Positions 47,686 to 57,061 of a DNA stretch of 64,000 nt are shown piece by piece (within the stretch, counting starts at the first letter, position 1; each line of letters begins with the position of its first letter). Below the pieces are notes generated by a model. It was not told the origin of the DNA, did not search any database, and saw only the letters and a program-made list of their open reading frames with translations. Origin of the DNA: a virus (Duplodnaviria > Caudoviricetes); IMG/VR virus record IMGVR_UViG_3300048998_000149, positions 36,510 through 100,509 of that record; one strand, given 5' to 3'. The position numbers and the translations under genes were made by a program.

Positions 47686-48089
47686 CCGGTCCGATCGAAT
47701 CGAAAGTCCAGGCAGCCAGCCTTTGGACGCTGGGCGCGTCGGTGGGGATCGCGGTGCTGAACGCTGTCGCCGCCAACTCCACGCTGCTGGGCGGGCTGCC
47801 CGCCTTGGCGCAGTTCGCGATTCTTGCGGCCATCCCGCCGACTGCGACGTTCCTCGCCGGCTATGTCGCGCCGAGCACGCCGAGACCCGACCTCTACACC
47901 TACGGCATGCCGGCTGAGCCGTGGCTGCCCATGCCGCCGGAGCCTGCCCAGCCTGCCCCTCCTGCCGCCCCGCTGCCACCGTCGTATTACGACGCGCCGT
48001 ACAGCGACCAGCCGTACTCGTCCGCCCACTACGAGCCGGCGGGCGAGCCCACCCGCAACTTCGACAATCGCGGCCGTCACCGCGCCTGA
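47673..48089 (+). CDS. Holin
   Basis: IESKVQAA, LLGGLP, TFLAGY.AP.TPR typical of actinophage holins. Confidence 0.75.
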   Translation: MALLTGPIESKVQAASLWTLGASVGIAVLNAVAANSTLLGGLPALAQFAILAAIPPTATFLAGYVAPSTPRPDLYTYGMPAEPWLPMPPEPAQPAPPAAPLPPSYYDAPYSDQPYSSAHYEPAGEPTRNFDNRGRHRA

Positions 48090-48106
48090 AACGCACTCCC
48101 CCTTCG

Positions 48107-48136
48107 AGGCCACGGCCCTTTCGGTCGTGGCCTTTC
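48107..48136 (+). terminator. Hairpin after lysis cassette
   Basis: AGGCCACGGCC ... GGTCGTGGCCT TT. Confidence 0.55.
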
Positions 48137-48200
48137 CTGTGGGCAGCGCAGCCCCCGACTTGTAGACGCCAATCCCAGTACCAACGAGGGGGCCGCGCCC

Positions 48201-49481
48201 ATGATTTTCCTACTGCCGGTGCTCCCCCAGTGATCGAAGCAATGATGGCGCCAGCGGTCACTATCGACGCTGGCTGGGCTGCTATGGCGACCGGCGTGCT
48301 GGCTGTCGCGGCGATCGTCGTGGTATTGATCGCCAGCGCCCGGGTGAAGTGGGTGACCCGCACTTTCGGCATCGGCTCGGTGTACGGGACACACCGCGCA
48401 CTCGGCTTGATCGCCTTCGGGGCGGTCGGACTGCACATCGTGTTCGTGCTCGACGAGAGCTGGCTGAACATTGCGCTGCTGTTCCCGTGGTCGGGCACGT
48501 ACGCATCGAAAGCCGCCGACACGTCCACGCTGGCCCTGGTGGCGCTCATCGGTTCGGCGATGTGGCGGCAGCGCCGCAACTACGACCGTTGGCGGTACTC
48601 GCATCTTGTGCTCGCCGGTGTGATGACGATGGGCGCCGCACTGCACGTGTTTTGGCTGAACCACCTCATCCAGGACCCGATGGGGCGGGCGTGGTTCATC
48701 GGCGTGGGCTCGCTGGTGTTGGCGGGCGGCCTGTATCGGCGCGTGTGGACACCGCTGCGCAACGGGCCTTACCAGGTGGTGGGGGTGCACCCGGAGAGCC
48801 CGACGGTGTCCACGGTGACTCTCGCCCCGCAGCAGGGGCGGCATCGCCCGAACCGGCGTGAAGCGCATTTCGCGCCAGGCCAGTTCGGCTGGTTGCGTCT
48901 GAACCGTCGGGCGGCGAGTGCTGACCATCCGTACTCGTTTTCGTCGTCGGCGCAAAACTCGCATCAGGTTCAGGTGACGGTGAAGCGGGGCGGCAAGTTC
49001 ACGGAGCGCCTGGTGGGGACGCGGCCTGGGCGTGCGGTGTGGATGGATGGTCCGCATGGCGGGTTCATTCCGCCTAAGGGGGCCGCCGGGTTGGTGTTGA
49101 TCGCGGCGGGGGTTGGCATCACGCCCATGATGTCGATCATTCGGACGTGCGCGGATCGCCGCGACCGCCGTTCTATCCGCCTGGTGATGGTGGCGGAGTC
49201 GCCCGCCGAGTTGCTGTTCACCAGCGAACTTGACCGGCTCAAGCAGACATTGAACTTGGCTGTCATCCGGATAGTAAGCCGCCCACATCCCGAGTGGGCA
49301 GGTCTGACTGGGCGCATCGACGCGCTGATGTTGCAGCGGGCGTTGCCGCTGCTCAGCGGGTGGATGCGCACCCAACACTATTACCTAATTTGCGGACCGC
49401 CGGCGATGGTTTCCGACACTTCCGCCGCCTTGGCGCTGGCCGGGGTGCCACGCAACCGAATCCACACAGAGCAATTCCTGA
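48201..49481 (+). CDS. Ferric-reductase-like TM domain plus FAD/NAD-binding FNR domain; apparent single-base indels at both ends
   Basis: Haem-ligand His pairs HRALG..LH and YSHL..LH; PGQF, HPYSFSS, DGPHG.F, AAGVGITP, CGPP.M, IHTEQF; open frame as sequenced runs to 49888. Confidence 0.8.
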
Positions 49482-49505
49482 TGCCCAGCCCGAAGGGGAA
49501 CTCCC

Positions 49506-50849
49506 GTGCGCCGAAACATGCTCGCCCGGCTGCTGACGATGTTGGCCCTCGCCGGCCTCGTCCTCAGCCTCACCGCCGAAACGGCGTGGGCCGACCAGCC
49601 GACACAGCCCCAATCCCAGTCGTTCGTGACGGGCGACCAGGGGGACAGTCGGGACCACGGCCAGAAGCAGAAGGTGACGCTCGCGGCGCCCAACCCCAAC
49701 TGCACCATCGTGGTGCCGCCCAACCCCCTGTCCGCGGCGGGTTTGGCAACCCCATACGAGTTGACCGCAACGGACCGCAAGGCTGGCCCGTGCAACGAGG
49801 CCAACGCGGCGCAGAGCGCGTTCGTGGAGGCGACGATCCTCGACCCGGCCACCGGCGCGGTTTCGATTTACCGCCCCCTGGTCATTGACCGGGGCACCCG
49901 GCCGGCGATCCCAACGGTGCTGCCGGTGCTCCCGGCGAACGCCGTGGTGGGGATCTGGTTCGGGTTCCAGGGCACCACGCTGACCTTGGCGCACGGCTAC
50001 GGGTGTGTGAACGGCCTGTTCAACAACCCGTTCGGCCAGTTCGCCTACTGCAACGCCCCAGCGTTCTTCAAGGCCGCACATGCAGCTGTGACCGCCGGTC
50101 TGTTGCAGATACCGCCGCTGGGCACTGGGCTTGACGGGCTACCGTGCCCCAGCACCCGCGACTTTTCGGTGGTCGACCAGGACCAGTCCGACAACGTCAT
50201 CACCAAGTATGTGGCGCTGGCGAACGGTCAGACCGGCCAAGACACCGGACAACTCCCGCCGGGGGCGGTGTACCTGACCAACGGCTCCGACAACGGGCTG
50301 CTGAGCAAGTTCATCCAGCCCGCCCTCGGGTGCGTCCCGTTCTCTGCGCCCGACCAGACCGCTAACGGCCGCACCTCGGTGTCTTTGGCGTTGAACGAAC
50401 TCCAGGCCGGGTTGCAGGTCGCGCCGGTTGCGCTGGTGCCGCCGAACGATCCGATGGTGCTGGTCAACAACCGGTTCTCGTTCCCGAAGATGAACCTGTA
50501 CCGGCTGGGTGTTGACCAGCCGTTCGCGTTCCAGCCCATCGCCGCGGCGAACTACTGCCAAAACCTGATGGTGGTCGCACAGGCTCGGTTGATCCTGGAT
50601 CGGACGTTCGAGGTTGGTAAGCCGTCCCCCGACATTGCCATGGCGCCCGACTTGGCACAGTTCCTGCAGGTGCGCTTCGCCGCCACCCTAGTGAATCTCA
50701 ACTGCCCGACCGGCACACCTGTCGGGCAGAACAACCGGAGGCAGAACAACTTCTTCGGCCCCCAGCGCACCCCGGGAGACAGTTCCGGCGCCGTCCCCGG
50801 CGACAACTCGGGTGACTACTCCGGCGACTACACCGGCGGGGGAAACTGA
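49506..50849 (+). CDS. Secreted Cys-containing protein of unknown function
   Basis: Signal peptide ending AWA; NPNCT..VP.NPL.A.GLATPY, VVDQDQSDNV, NGSDN, ALNELQA. Confidence 0.8.
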   Translation: MRRNMLARLLTMLALAGLVLSLTAETAWADQPTQPQSQSFVTGDQGDSRDHGQKQKVTLAAPNPNCTIVVPPNPLSAAGLATPYELTATDRKAGPCNEANAAQSAFVEATILDPATGAVSIYRPLVIDRGTRPAIPTVLPVLPANAVVGIWFGFQGTTLTLAHGYGCVNGLFNNPFGQFAYCNAPAFFKAAHAAVTAGLLQIPPLGTGLDGLPCPSTRDFSVVDQDQSDNVITKYVALANGQTGQDTGQLPPGAVYLTNGSDNGLLSKFIQPALGCVPFSAPDQTANGRTSVSLALNELQAGLQVAPVALVPPNDPMVLVNNRFSFPKMNLYRLGVDQPFAFQPIAAANYCQNLMVVAQARLILDRTFEVGKPSPDIAMAPDLAQFLQVRFAATLVNLNCPTGTPVGQNNRRQNNFFGPQRTPGDSSGAVPGDNSGDYSGDYTGGGN

Positions 50850-51355
50850 TGGGCTACCGAGGACGCCACCGAGCCCCCGCCCCCCGCATCGCGGTCAACG
50901 CGGCGCGGATCGCGGTCGGCGGCCTGGTGTTGGCGGAAATCACCGGCGGATTCCCAGCCGTGCCGGCCTACGCATCCACCCCCGTGGTGCTCGCGTCGAG
51001 CCACCACAGCACGGACGGGGCCGACAAGCACCTCGCCCACCGTTCGAAACATCACCGCCACCATCCGGCCCAGCACGTCAAGGCGCCTGTCCGGCCTGCC
51101 GTCACCCACCAGGCGGTAACTGCCGCCGTGTACGAGGTGGCACCTGCAACCCCGGAGTCGCAGCCGGCCCCTGCGGCAACCCTCGACCAGCAACAACTGC
51201 TGTTCGACCACTACATCGTCATGCCCGGGGACACCCTCACCCACATCGCCGCCGCCTACCAAGTGCCGTGGGAGTCGCTGTGGGCGTTCAACACCGACGC
51301 CATACCCCACCCCGATGCGATCTACCCAGGGCTGCGACTCCGCCTGCCTGCCTAA
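50849..51355 (+). CDS. Secreted LysM-domain protein
   Basis: Signal peptide; YIV.PGDTL..IA....W..L...N...I..PD.IYPG..L.LP. Confidence 0.85.
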   Translation: MGYRGRHRAPAPRIAVNAARIAVGGLVLAEITGGFPAVPAYASTPVVLASSHHSTDGADKHLAHRSKHHRHHPAQHVKAPVRPAVTHQAVTAAVYEVAPATPESQPAPAATLDQQQLLFDHYIVMPGDTLTHIAAAYQVPWESLWAFNTDAIPHPDAIYPGLRLRLPA

Positions 51356-51382
51356 CCACCACCCCACCGTAAGGAAGGCACC

Positions 51383-51949
51383 ATGAAGCGCACCATCGCT
51401 GCCCTGGCCGTCGTTGTCGCCGCCGCCGGCGCATCCCTCGGCCTGTCCGGCACCGCTTTCGCCGCCACCGCCGTCGACTGCACCAACGCGGTGGCCCTGT
51501 CCGCCACCGCGCAGACCAACTACACCAACGCCCTCAACGTGGCGATCGCCCGGGCGAAGGAGCTCGGTTTCACTGCCGACCAGATTTCTCTGGCGCAGAG
51601 CATCCTCGTGCAGGGCAACATCACCGACGCCCAAAAGGCCCAGTTGATGATGATCTACAGCGAGCACATCAGCATGCTGAGCGTCACCACCGACCTGGCG
51701 AAGGTCAAGGCTGTACTCGACACCCGGCTGACGCTGAACGCGGCCATCGCGGCTCAGGGCATCGCGTGCGCGGGCATGACTGTCCCCGCCCCGGCGGTCA
51801 CCCCGGCTCCGATTGCCACCCCGGCCATGCCGGCACCGGTGTACACCGTGCCAGCTGCCCCCGTGGCGCCGGCGTGTCCGACCACGATGACCGTCCCCAT
51901 GGTCCCCTGCCTCGCCCCGGCTACTGGCGATGGAAGTTCGCAGCGCTAA
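51383..51949 (+). CDS. Secreted protein, probable class F sortase substrate
   Basis: Signal peptide AFA; Pro-rich stalk; C-terminal APATGDGS next to the sortase. Confidence 0.65.
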   Translation: MKRTIAALAVVVAAAGASLGLSGTAFAATAVDCTNAVALSATAQTNYTNALNVAIARAKELGFTADQISLAQSILVQGNITDAQKAQLMMIYSEHISMLSVTTDLAKVKAVLDTRLTLNAAIAAQGIACAGMTVPAPAVTPAPIATPAMPAPVYTVPAAPVAPACPTTMTVPMVPCLAPATGDGSSQR

Positions 51950-52038
51950 CTATCCACTGTCCAATTGTCTGCAACTCTCGAGGTGGGGGTCCCTCACGCC
52001 ATGATCACGCCGACCATCTCGAACCCCAGGGGGGTGTC

Positions 52039-52665
52039 GTGAACTGGCGCGCCATCCTTGCGGGTGGCGTGTCAGTCACGGCGATCGCCGTGGTGGGGAT
52101 TGCTGTCGCCAGCAGTCCCTCAACGCCGGCTACCGCTGCGGCACCAGCGGCTGCCAGCGCTTCGCCGATAGCGAGCACCCCAGCGAGTGCGCCCGCTACG
52201 GGAACCCCGGCGCCTACGGTGGCGCTGCCCACTTCGGTGAGCATTCCAGCAATCAAAGCCATGTCGTCGCTCATCCCACTAGGTGTCAACCCAGATCTGA
52301 CCGTGCAAGTCCCAGACGTGCACCACCCCGAGCAAGCGGGGTATTTCGCCCTAGGTGCGCGCCCGGGCGAGATCGGGTCAGCGGTTCTATTGGGTCACGT
52401 TGATGGCGATGGCCGGCTGGGAATCTTCAACCAGATCGGGAAGCTGAATCTGGGCGATCTGATCCAGGTCGGGCGTGCTGACGGTTCGACGGTCACCTTC
52501 AAGGTGACGCGCGTCCAGACCGTTCTCAAGGCCAACTTCCCCTCCGCCGATGTCTATGGTCCGACGACCGACGCCGAGATCAGGCTCGTAACCTGCGGCG
52601 GCACCCTCGATAAGGCTGCACACAACTATCTGAGCAGTGTGATCGTGTCCGGCAAGCTCGCTTAA
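52039..52665 (+). CDS. Class F sortase
   Basis: N-terminal TM; P..V.IPAI, PGE.GSAVLLGHVD (His), L..GD.I, IRLVTCGG (Cys), Y...VIV. Confidence 0.9.
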   Translation: MNWRAILAGGVSVTAIAVVGIAVASSPSTPATAAAPAAASASPIASTPASAPATGTPAPTVALPTSVSIPAIKAMSSLIPLGVNPDLTVQVPDVHHPEQAGYFALGARPGEIGSAVLLGHVDGDGRLGIFNQIGKLNLGDLIQVGRADGSTVTFKVTRVQTVLKANFPSADVYGPTTDAEIRLVTCGGTLDKAAHNYLSSVIVSGKLA

Positions 52666-52687
52666 CTCTGTCGAGGGGCGGGCCGCC

Positions 52688-53146
52688 ATGAACGCCGCAG
52701 ACAAACGGTTGCTGCGGCGCCTCCTGGCGTGGATGGTTCCGGCTGGGATAGCGGTCGGGATCTGGGGCGGCCTCACCTACCGGGAGCTGCCCTTCCCTAT
52801 GCCTGGCGATCCCCCCGCATCATCATCGCCCGCACCTGCACCACCAACCATCACCTCGGCTCCGGCGCCGACTCCGGTCGCGCCGGAGCCGCAGGTGATT
52901 GTGGTTCCCCCCAACCCCATCACCGTGACCGACACCCCCGCTCCGCTGCCGCCGGTCACTGTCACGCAGACTCCGGCGCCAGTCACTGTCACTCAGATCC
53001 CCACGCCGACTCCCCTGCCGGTGCCGCTGCCCGCGCCGACGGATGTCGCCCCGCTGAGCCCTGTCGAGCCGAGCATCCAGCCGCCGGTTCCACTCACCAC
53101 CGACCCGGGAGATGCGCCATGGCCACCATCTACGGCCGCGGGTTGA
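52688..53146 (+). CDS. Membrane-anchored Pro/Thr-rich protein
   Basis: One TM then PVTVTQTPAP repeats. Confidence 0.6.
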   Translation: MNAADKRLLRRLLAWMVPAGIAVGIWGGLTYRELPFPMPGDPPASSSPAPAPPTITSAPAPTPVAPEPQVIVVPPNPITVTDTPAPLPPVTVTQTPAPVTVTQIPTPTPLPVPLPAPTDVAPLSPVEPSIQPPVPLTTDPGDAPWPPSTAAG

Positions 53147-53274
53147 TGCGACGCCGTTTCGCGCTGTGCCCGTACGGCTGCGGCCGTGTGATCCGGGCCT
53201 GGACGAAGCGGCGCGTGCTGTTGGAGCTGCACCGCCACACGGCTGTGTGCCGGTGGAATCGCACCTGGAGCTGA
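53146..53274 (+). CDS. Small basic C2HC-type peptide
   Basis: TGATG overlap; CPYGC...H...C. Confidence 0.4.
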   Translation: MRRRFALCPYGCGRVIRAWTKRRVLLELHRHTAVCRWNRTWS

Positions 53275-53389
53275 ACCGGTTCCCCTGCCGCATTCGGGAG
53301 ATGCGGGGTCGAGCCGGTTCAAGGTGGCCCCTCGTCGCCTCGCAGCCCCCTGCGCGGTGGCTCGGCGGCGGGGGGCCACCGCACTAATT

Positions 53390-53971
53390 GTGTACCGCAG
53401 ATTAACGATGCGAATGTGGCGCTTCGGCCCGTAATGTCGGGGCTGCTCGGCGTGTGTCTTTCACTTTAGCCACATTGCTTACGCCGAACGGCTGAATACT
53501 GGACAGGCACCGGCCTGAACGGTAACGATGTTCGGGCTGGTGACGAACTGGATAGCGCGAGACCCCTCCACCCCTGGGTGGATCAAGGAGTCAAGACCTC
53601 GCCCCTTGATCCGGTAATGGGGCGACCCCGACTAGCACACACTCCCTGGTAGGCAGCGCAAGTCGGGGCCGCGTCCTAGTACGTTACTCAGCGGTAGCGG
53701 CCCGGTCCATAAGGGGCGAATCTAGACTACTGAGCTACAACCCTGTGGGTTAACAGGGTATTGAGGAGTCCCCTTCCCTGCCGGGAATAAGGCCCCTCTT
53801 TTTTTCTGTCCACATTCTCAGGATCTTGCACAGGCAATTCCCATACTTCACATAATTGGTCGGAGAACTGTCATTCTCTCGGGGAGAACCGTCATTCTCC
53901 CCCCTCGCAAAAACTGAAGGCCCTCGCCACATCCCATTTTTATCACGGGATGCTGGCGAGGGCCCTTTTTT
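53390..53971 (+). other. Structured non-coding region: candidate ncRNA and/or replication origin
   Basis: No convincing ORF, many stems, lower-GC tract, 21-bp-period direct repeat, terminator at end. Confidence 0.4.
53919..53971. terminator. Bidirectional intrinsic terminator
   Basis: GGCCCTCGCCA.ATCCC...GGGATGCTGGCGAGGGCC with T6 after and A5 before. Confidence 0.7.
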
Positions 53972-54002
53972 GCGTTTGCGCCCCGAACTGGACTGTAAGA
54001 CC

Positions 54003-54986
54003 TCAGTTGCGGGCCACCGCCACCAGGTGGGGAGAACGCTCCGACGGCGGCAGGATGCCCCGCTCCTTCAGGGCCGCCTTGGCCTGCCGCCCGTACTTCG
54101 TGTCAGCGCCGAGCAGCTTCGCCGCATCGGTGCCGTTGAGGTCCTTGCCCTCCGCCCACTGCTGCTCGAGCAGCGCCATCAGCTTCTCGAACTTCGTCCT
54201 GCCGGGCAGTTCGTCTGCCAGCGGGTTCCCGCGTTCCTCGGCGGGTTTCCCGCGTGTCGCCGCTGCGGGAGTCCTGGAGGATTCCCGGCGGGATACCCGG
54301 CGGCCTTCCCGCGCCAACTCCCTCGCGGATTCCCGCGTCGCGTCCGCCTCGGCCTGCACTCGGATCCGTTCCAGATCGGCGGCGTGTTCCCGCGCCTGCC
54401 GCTCTGCCTCCCGCTGGTCAGCGAACTGCTGCTGGCGTTCCCGTTCGGCCGTTTCCCGCGCCTCCCGTTCCTGCCGCTCCTGGGATTCCCGCGCCTCCCG
54501 CCGAGCCCGCTCGGCCTCGGAGACCTCCCAGGAGGTCGCCATCGCGTGCAGCCCCATGACTCGGATGTAGAGCACCACGGGCACCGTCCCGGCGATCAGT
54601 GCGATCACAGGACGCAGCCACGACGGCAGCACCACGCTGGCGTCGAGCGCCGCAAGGACAGTGTGCAACGCATTGAACGCGATGATCGCCACGAACGCGA
54701 ACAGGATCGTGTGCCGAGCGTTGCGGCGCACCGGCCAGTCACCGTCGTGCGGCAGCGTGGCGTCGTTGCTGTAAGGCATGACCACGACGACGCCCAGGTC
54801 CACGATCACCGGGTACAGGTACGCCCACGGGTCGGGAACTCCAGCCCACTTGACCATCTCGTATGACCCGTATGACACCCAGACGAGGGCGAAGAGCCCG
54901 AGGCTGTGCAGCGCGCGGCCACGCCAAGCCCGGCGACGAGCTACTGAATCATCGTCATCTGCCCGTTCCGACAGCGCGTGGCTCAT
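54003..54986 (-). CDS. DUF2637-like (plasmid spread, Spd-type) membrane protein with coiled coil and C-terminal HTH
   Basis: Four TM helices, VSY, AYLYPVIVD, FNALH; RE-rich coil; LNGTDAAKLLG..TKYGR HTH. Confidence 0.7.
   Translation of the reverse strand: MSHALSERADDDDSVARRRAWRGRALHSLGLFALVWVSYGSYEMVKWAGVPDPWAYLYPVIVDLGVVVVMPYSNDATLPHDGDWPVRRNARHTILFAFVAIIAFNALHTVLAALDASVVLPSWLRPVIALIAGTVPVVLYIRVMGLHAMATSWEVSEAERARREARESQERQEREARETAERERQQQFADQREAERQAREHAADLERIRVQAEADATRESARELAREGRRVSRRESSRTPAAATRGKPAEERGNPLADELPGRTKFEKLMALLEQQWAEGKDLNGTDAAKLLGADTKYGRQAKAALKERGILPPSERSPHLVAVARN
54221..54495 (-). repeat. GCGGGAWTCCCGC-like motif cluster inside the DUF2637 gene
   Basis: GCGGGTTCCCGC, GCGGGTTTCCCGC, GCGGGAGTCC, GGATTCCCGG, GCGGGATACCCGG, GCGGATTCCCGC, GGGATTCCCGC. 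Confidence 0.7.
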
Positions 54987-55294
54987 GCCGCATCCTCCCC
55001 CGCTAGCAACGCTTTGCCTTGGGCCACGCGATACCCGACGGTGTCCTTGTGGATACCCAGTTCCCTGTCCACATCCCGGTAGCTAACCTTCCCCGGACCC
55101 TCGCTGTTGGCGATGGCCAGGGCGATCGGCAGGGCGTCCTTGGCTGCGTCGAGGATGTGGTGCACGCTCCGGACGTGCTGGATGTTCGCGTCGTGGTCAT
55201 CGCTGGCGGGTCGGCGGGCGTAGGCCCGGATCTGCTTCACGATCCGGGCGGCTTCACGGTCGGGTTTGCCGTTGGCGCGGGGCAGCGTAGACAT
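54983..55294 (-). CDS. Small HTH protein
   Basis: SYRDVDRELGIHKDTVGYRV. Confidence 0.65.
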   Translation of the reverse strand: MSTLPRANGKPDREAARIVKQIRAYARRPASDDHDANIQHVRSVHHILDAAKDALPIALAIANSEGPGKVSYRDVDRELGIHKDTVGYRVAQGKALLAGEDAA

Positions 55295-55396
55295 GATTCG
55301 GCGTCCTTCGGGTGTCGGGATACGCCGGACAGGTTAGGCGAGGGGAGGCTGTCGCCGCTTCCCGACACGCCGTCATGGGATTACCGCGCCCGCTAC

Positions 55397-55684
55397 TTAG
55401 GCCGGCTTCTGCCAACGAGTGGGGATGCGCATGTTGTGGATGGGCGACTCTTCCGCGTAAACGCGGCGCTCCTCATTCTCCGCATCTTCACGGGTCTGAT
55501 GCCAGGTGACGCGCGTCTTGGCAATGTCCCACCACCACCGCCAAGCCGTGCTGCGGTGCTGGTTGTACCTCTTCTGCGGATCCCTGGCGCTGCCCACGTA
55601 CAGAAGCGCACCGTCTTTGTCGTAGTACCGGTATACGGCGACCCTGCCGGGTTGCTGCGACCAGTGGTCGGACCTAACCATCAA
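55397..55684 (-). CDS. GIY-YIG nuclease domain protein
   Basis: VYRYYD..G.LLYVGSA.DP..R..QH...E.R....E.P.HN. Confidence 0.8.
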   Translation of the reverse strand: MMVRSDHWSQQPGRVAVYRYYDKDGALLYVGSARDPQKRYNQHRSTAWRWWWDIAKTRVTWHQTREDAENEERRVYAEESPIHNMRIPTRWQKPA

Positions 55685-56511
55685 GCGCTCCTGTACCGGT
55701 CAGCGACCTGGCGCAGGATGGCGCTGGCCTCATCATCGAACACCGCGAGCGGCTCCAGCTTGGCGAACTGCTCGACGTAGGGAGACACGTCGGGAGGGAT
55801 CAGGACGACCTGCCTCCGCAGGATGCCGGGGACCACCGCGCTCTCGTCGTACAGATTCCAGTTGGATACGGGGAACACTGGGCGCGGCGTACCGAACGGA
55901 ATGATTCCGACGCGGACGACGGGCTTCCTGGCTACCAGTTCGATGTGTTCCAACTGGCGGACCATCATCTCGGGCGGCCCTGCGGCCCATCCAAGGGCGC
56001 CTTCGGTGGTCAGGATCGTGATCCGACGCCCGGGTTCATCAAGGACGTTCTGGCCTTCGAGACGCGCCCTGACTGAACCCCCCGCATCGGCGGGCGTCGT
56101 ACCCCCTGCAGCGAAGACCGCCTGCATGTACTCGGCTGTCTGCAGCAGGCCGGGGATGATGACGGGGGAGAACTCGCGGATCTCCGTGGCGTCGCGGTTG
56201 AGGTCTGCGATTCGTTTCTGAAACTCGGCCCGGTTCGCGCGGGATAGCACTACGCGCCGGTTCGTGGCCTTGACGTGTTCAGCTAGTTCGATCAGGCGCT
56301 GTCGGATCTCTGTGGGTGCGTGGTATGCCTCTGCGAGCTTGGCTACGTCGGCCGGGTTCGGGACGTTGTTCTCCCTCTCGATACGGCTGATCTTGGCCTG
56401 GGAGAAGCCCGTTCGCTCGGCCGCTTGCATGCCGGTGAGCCCGGCGTCCTGGCGGAGCTGTTTCAGGGTGCGCGACAGCTCGTTCAGGCCGCCGGGTCCG
56501 GTGTTTGCCAT
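55681..56511 (-). CDS. XRE-family HTH regulator with DUF5753 domain
   Basis: L..LR..AGL, SQAKISRIE, IPGLLQTAEY, EGAL, M..QL.H, VGIIP. Confidence 0.9.
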   Translation of the reverse strand: MANTGPGGLNELSRTLKQLRQDAGLTGMQAAERTGFSQAKISRIERENNVPNPADVAKLAEAYHAPTEIRQRLIELAEHVKATNRRVVLSRANRAEFQKRIADLNRDATEIREFSPVIIPGLLQTAEYMQAVFAAGGTTPADAGGSVRARLEGQNVLDEPGRRITILTTEGALGWAAGPPEMMVRQLEHIELVARKPVVRVGIIPFGTPRPVFPVSNWNLYDESAVVPGILRRQVVLIPPDVSPYVEQFAKLEPLAVFDDEASAILRQVADRYRSA

Positions 56512-56518
56512 CGGTCGG

Positions 56519-57058
56519 TCAGGCCGCCCGCCGCTGCCGGTACTCGGGATGCGCGGCGCGCCACTCGTCATATTCCACGGCCTCGTCCCACATGGCCTGG
56601 GCCGCCTTGGCCCATGCCTCAGGGAGGTCGGCCACCTGGGCCTCGAAGAACTTGCCCTGCGGGTCGTAGTAGCTGATCGCTACCCGCTCCCCGCCGTTGA
56701 TCACGAAGCAGTCCGTCAGGTGCCCGAGCTCCTGCTCGTCCACAACCAAGACCCGGATCTGCTCCCCGTACTCGACGTTCAGTGGGAACTGGACGCCCAA
56801 CTCAAAGCGCAGATAGTCGTTCAGCGGCCCCTTCGGGATCACGCGGACTCGACGCAGGACAGTGCCTCCGGCGACATTGGCGCGGATGCCGTCCAGCCAT
56901 CCTTGCCATGCATCGTCGACCTCAACGGTTCCATCGTCGAGCCACCGTCGAAAGTGCGGATCGTCGCCAGCACTGTCGTACCAGTCCCGCGTCTCGACGC
57001 GGAGCCGGTCGCGCGTGCTGGGTCGGCGCAGGTAGGCGCCGAGTTCCTTCAGGTCCAT
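56519..57058 (-). CDS. DUF6879-like protein
   Basis: R.ETRDWY, G...RRVRV...PL.DYLRFE, N...GE.IR. Confidence 0.8.
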   Translation of the reverse strand: MDLKELGAYLRRPSTRDRLRVETRDWYDSAGDDPHFRRWLDDGTVEVDDAWQGWLDGIRANVAGGTVLRRVRVIPKGPLNDYLRFELGVQFPLNVEYGEQIRVLVVDEQELGHLTDCFVINGGERVAISYYDPQGKFFEAQVADLPEAWAKAAQAMWDEAVEYDEWRAAHPEYRQRRAA

Positions 57059-57061
57059 GGG

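Noticed and set aside
53585-53760. HEARO/omegaRNA or self-cleaving ribozyme identity for the structured region
   Set aside because: Only scattered short word matches and no IscB/TnpB nearby; cannot be supported without a covariance search.
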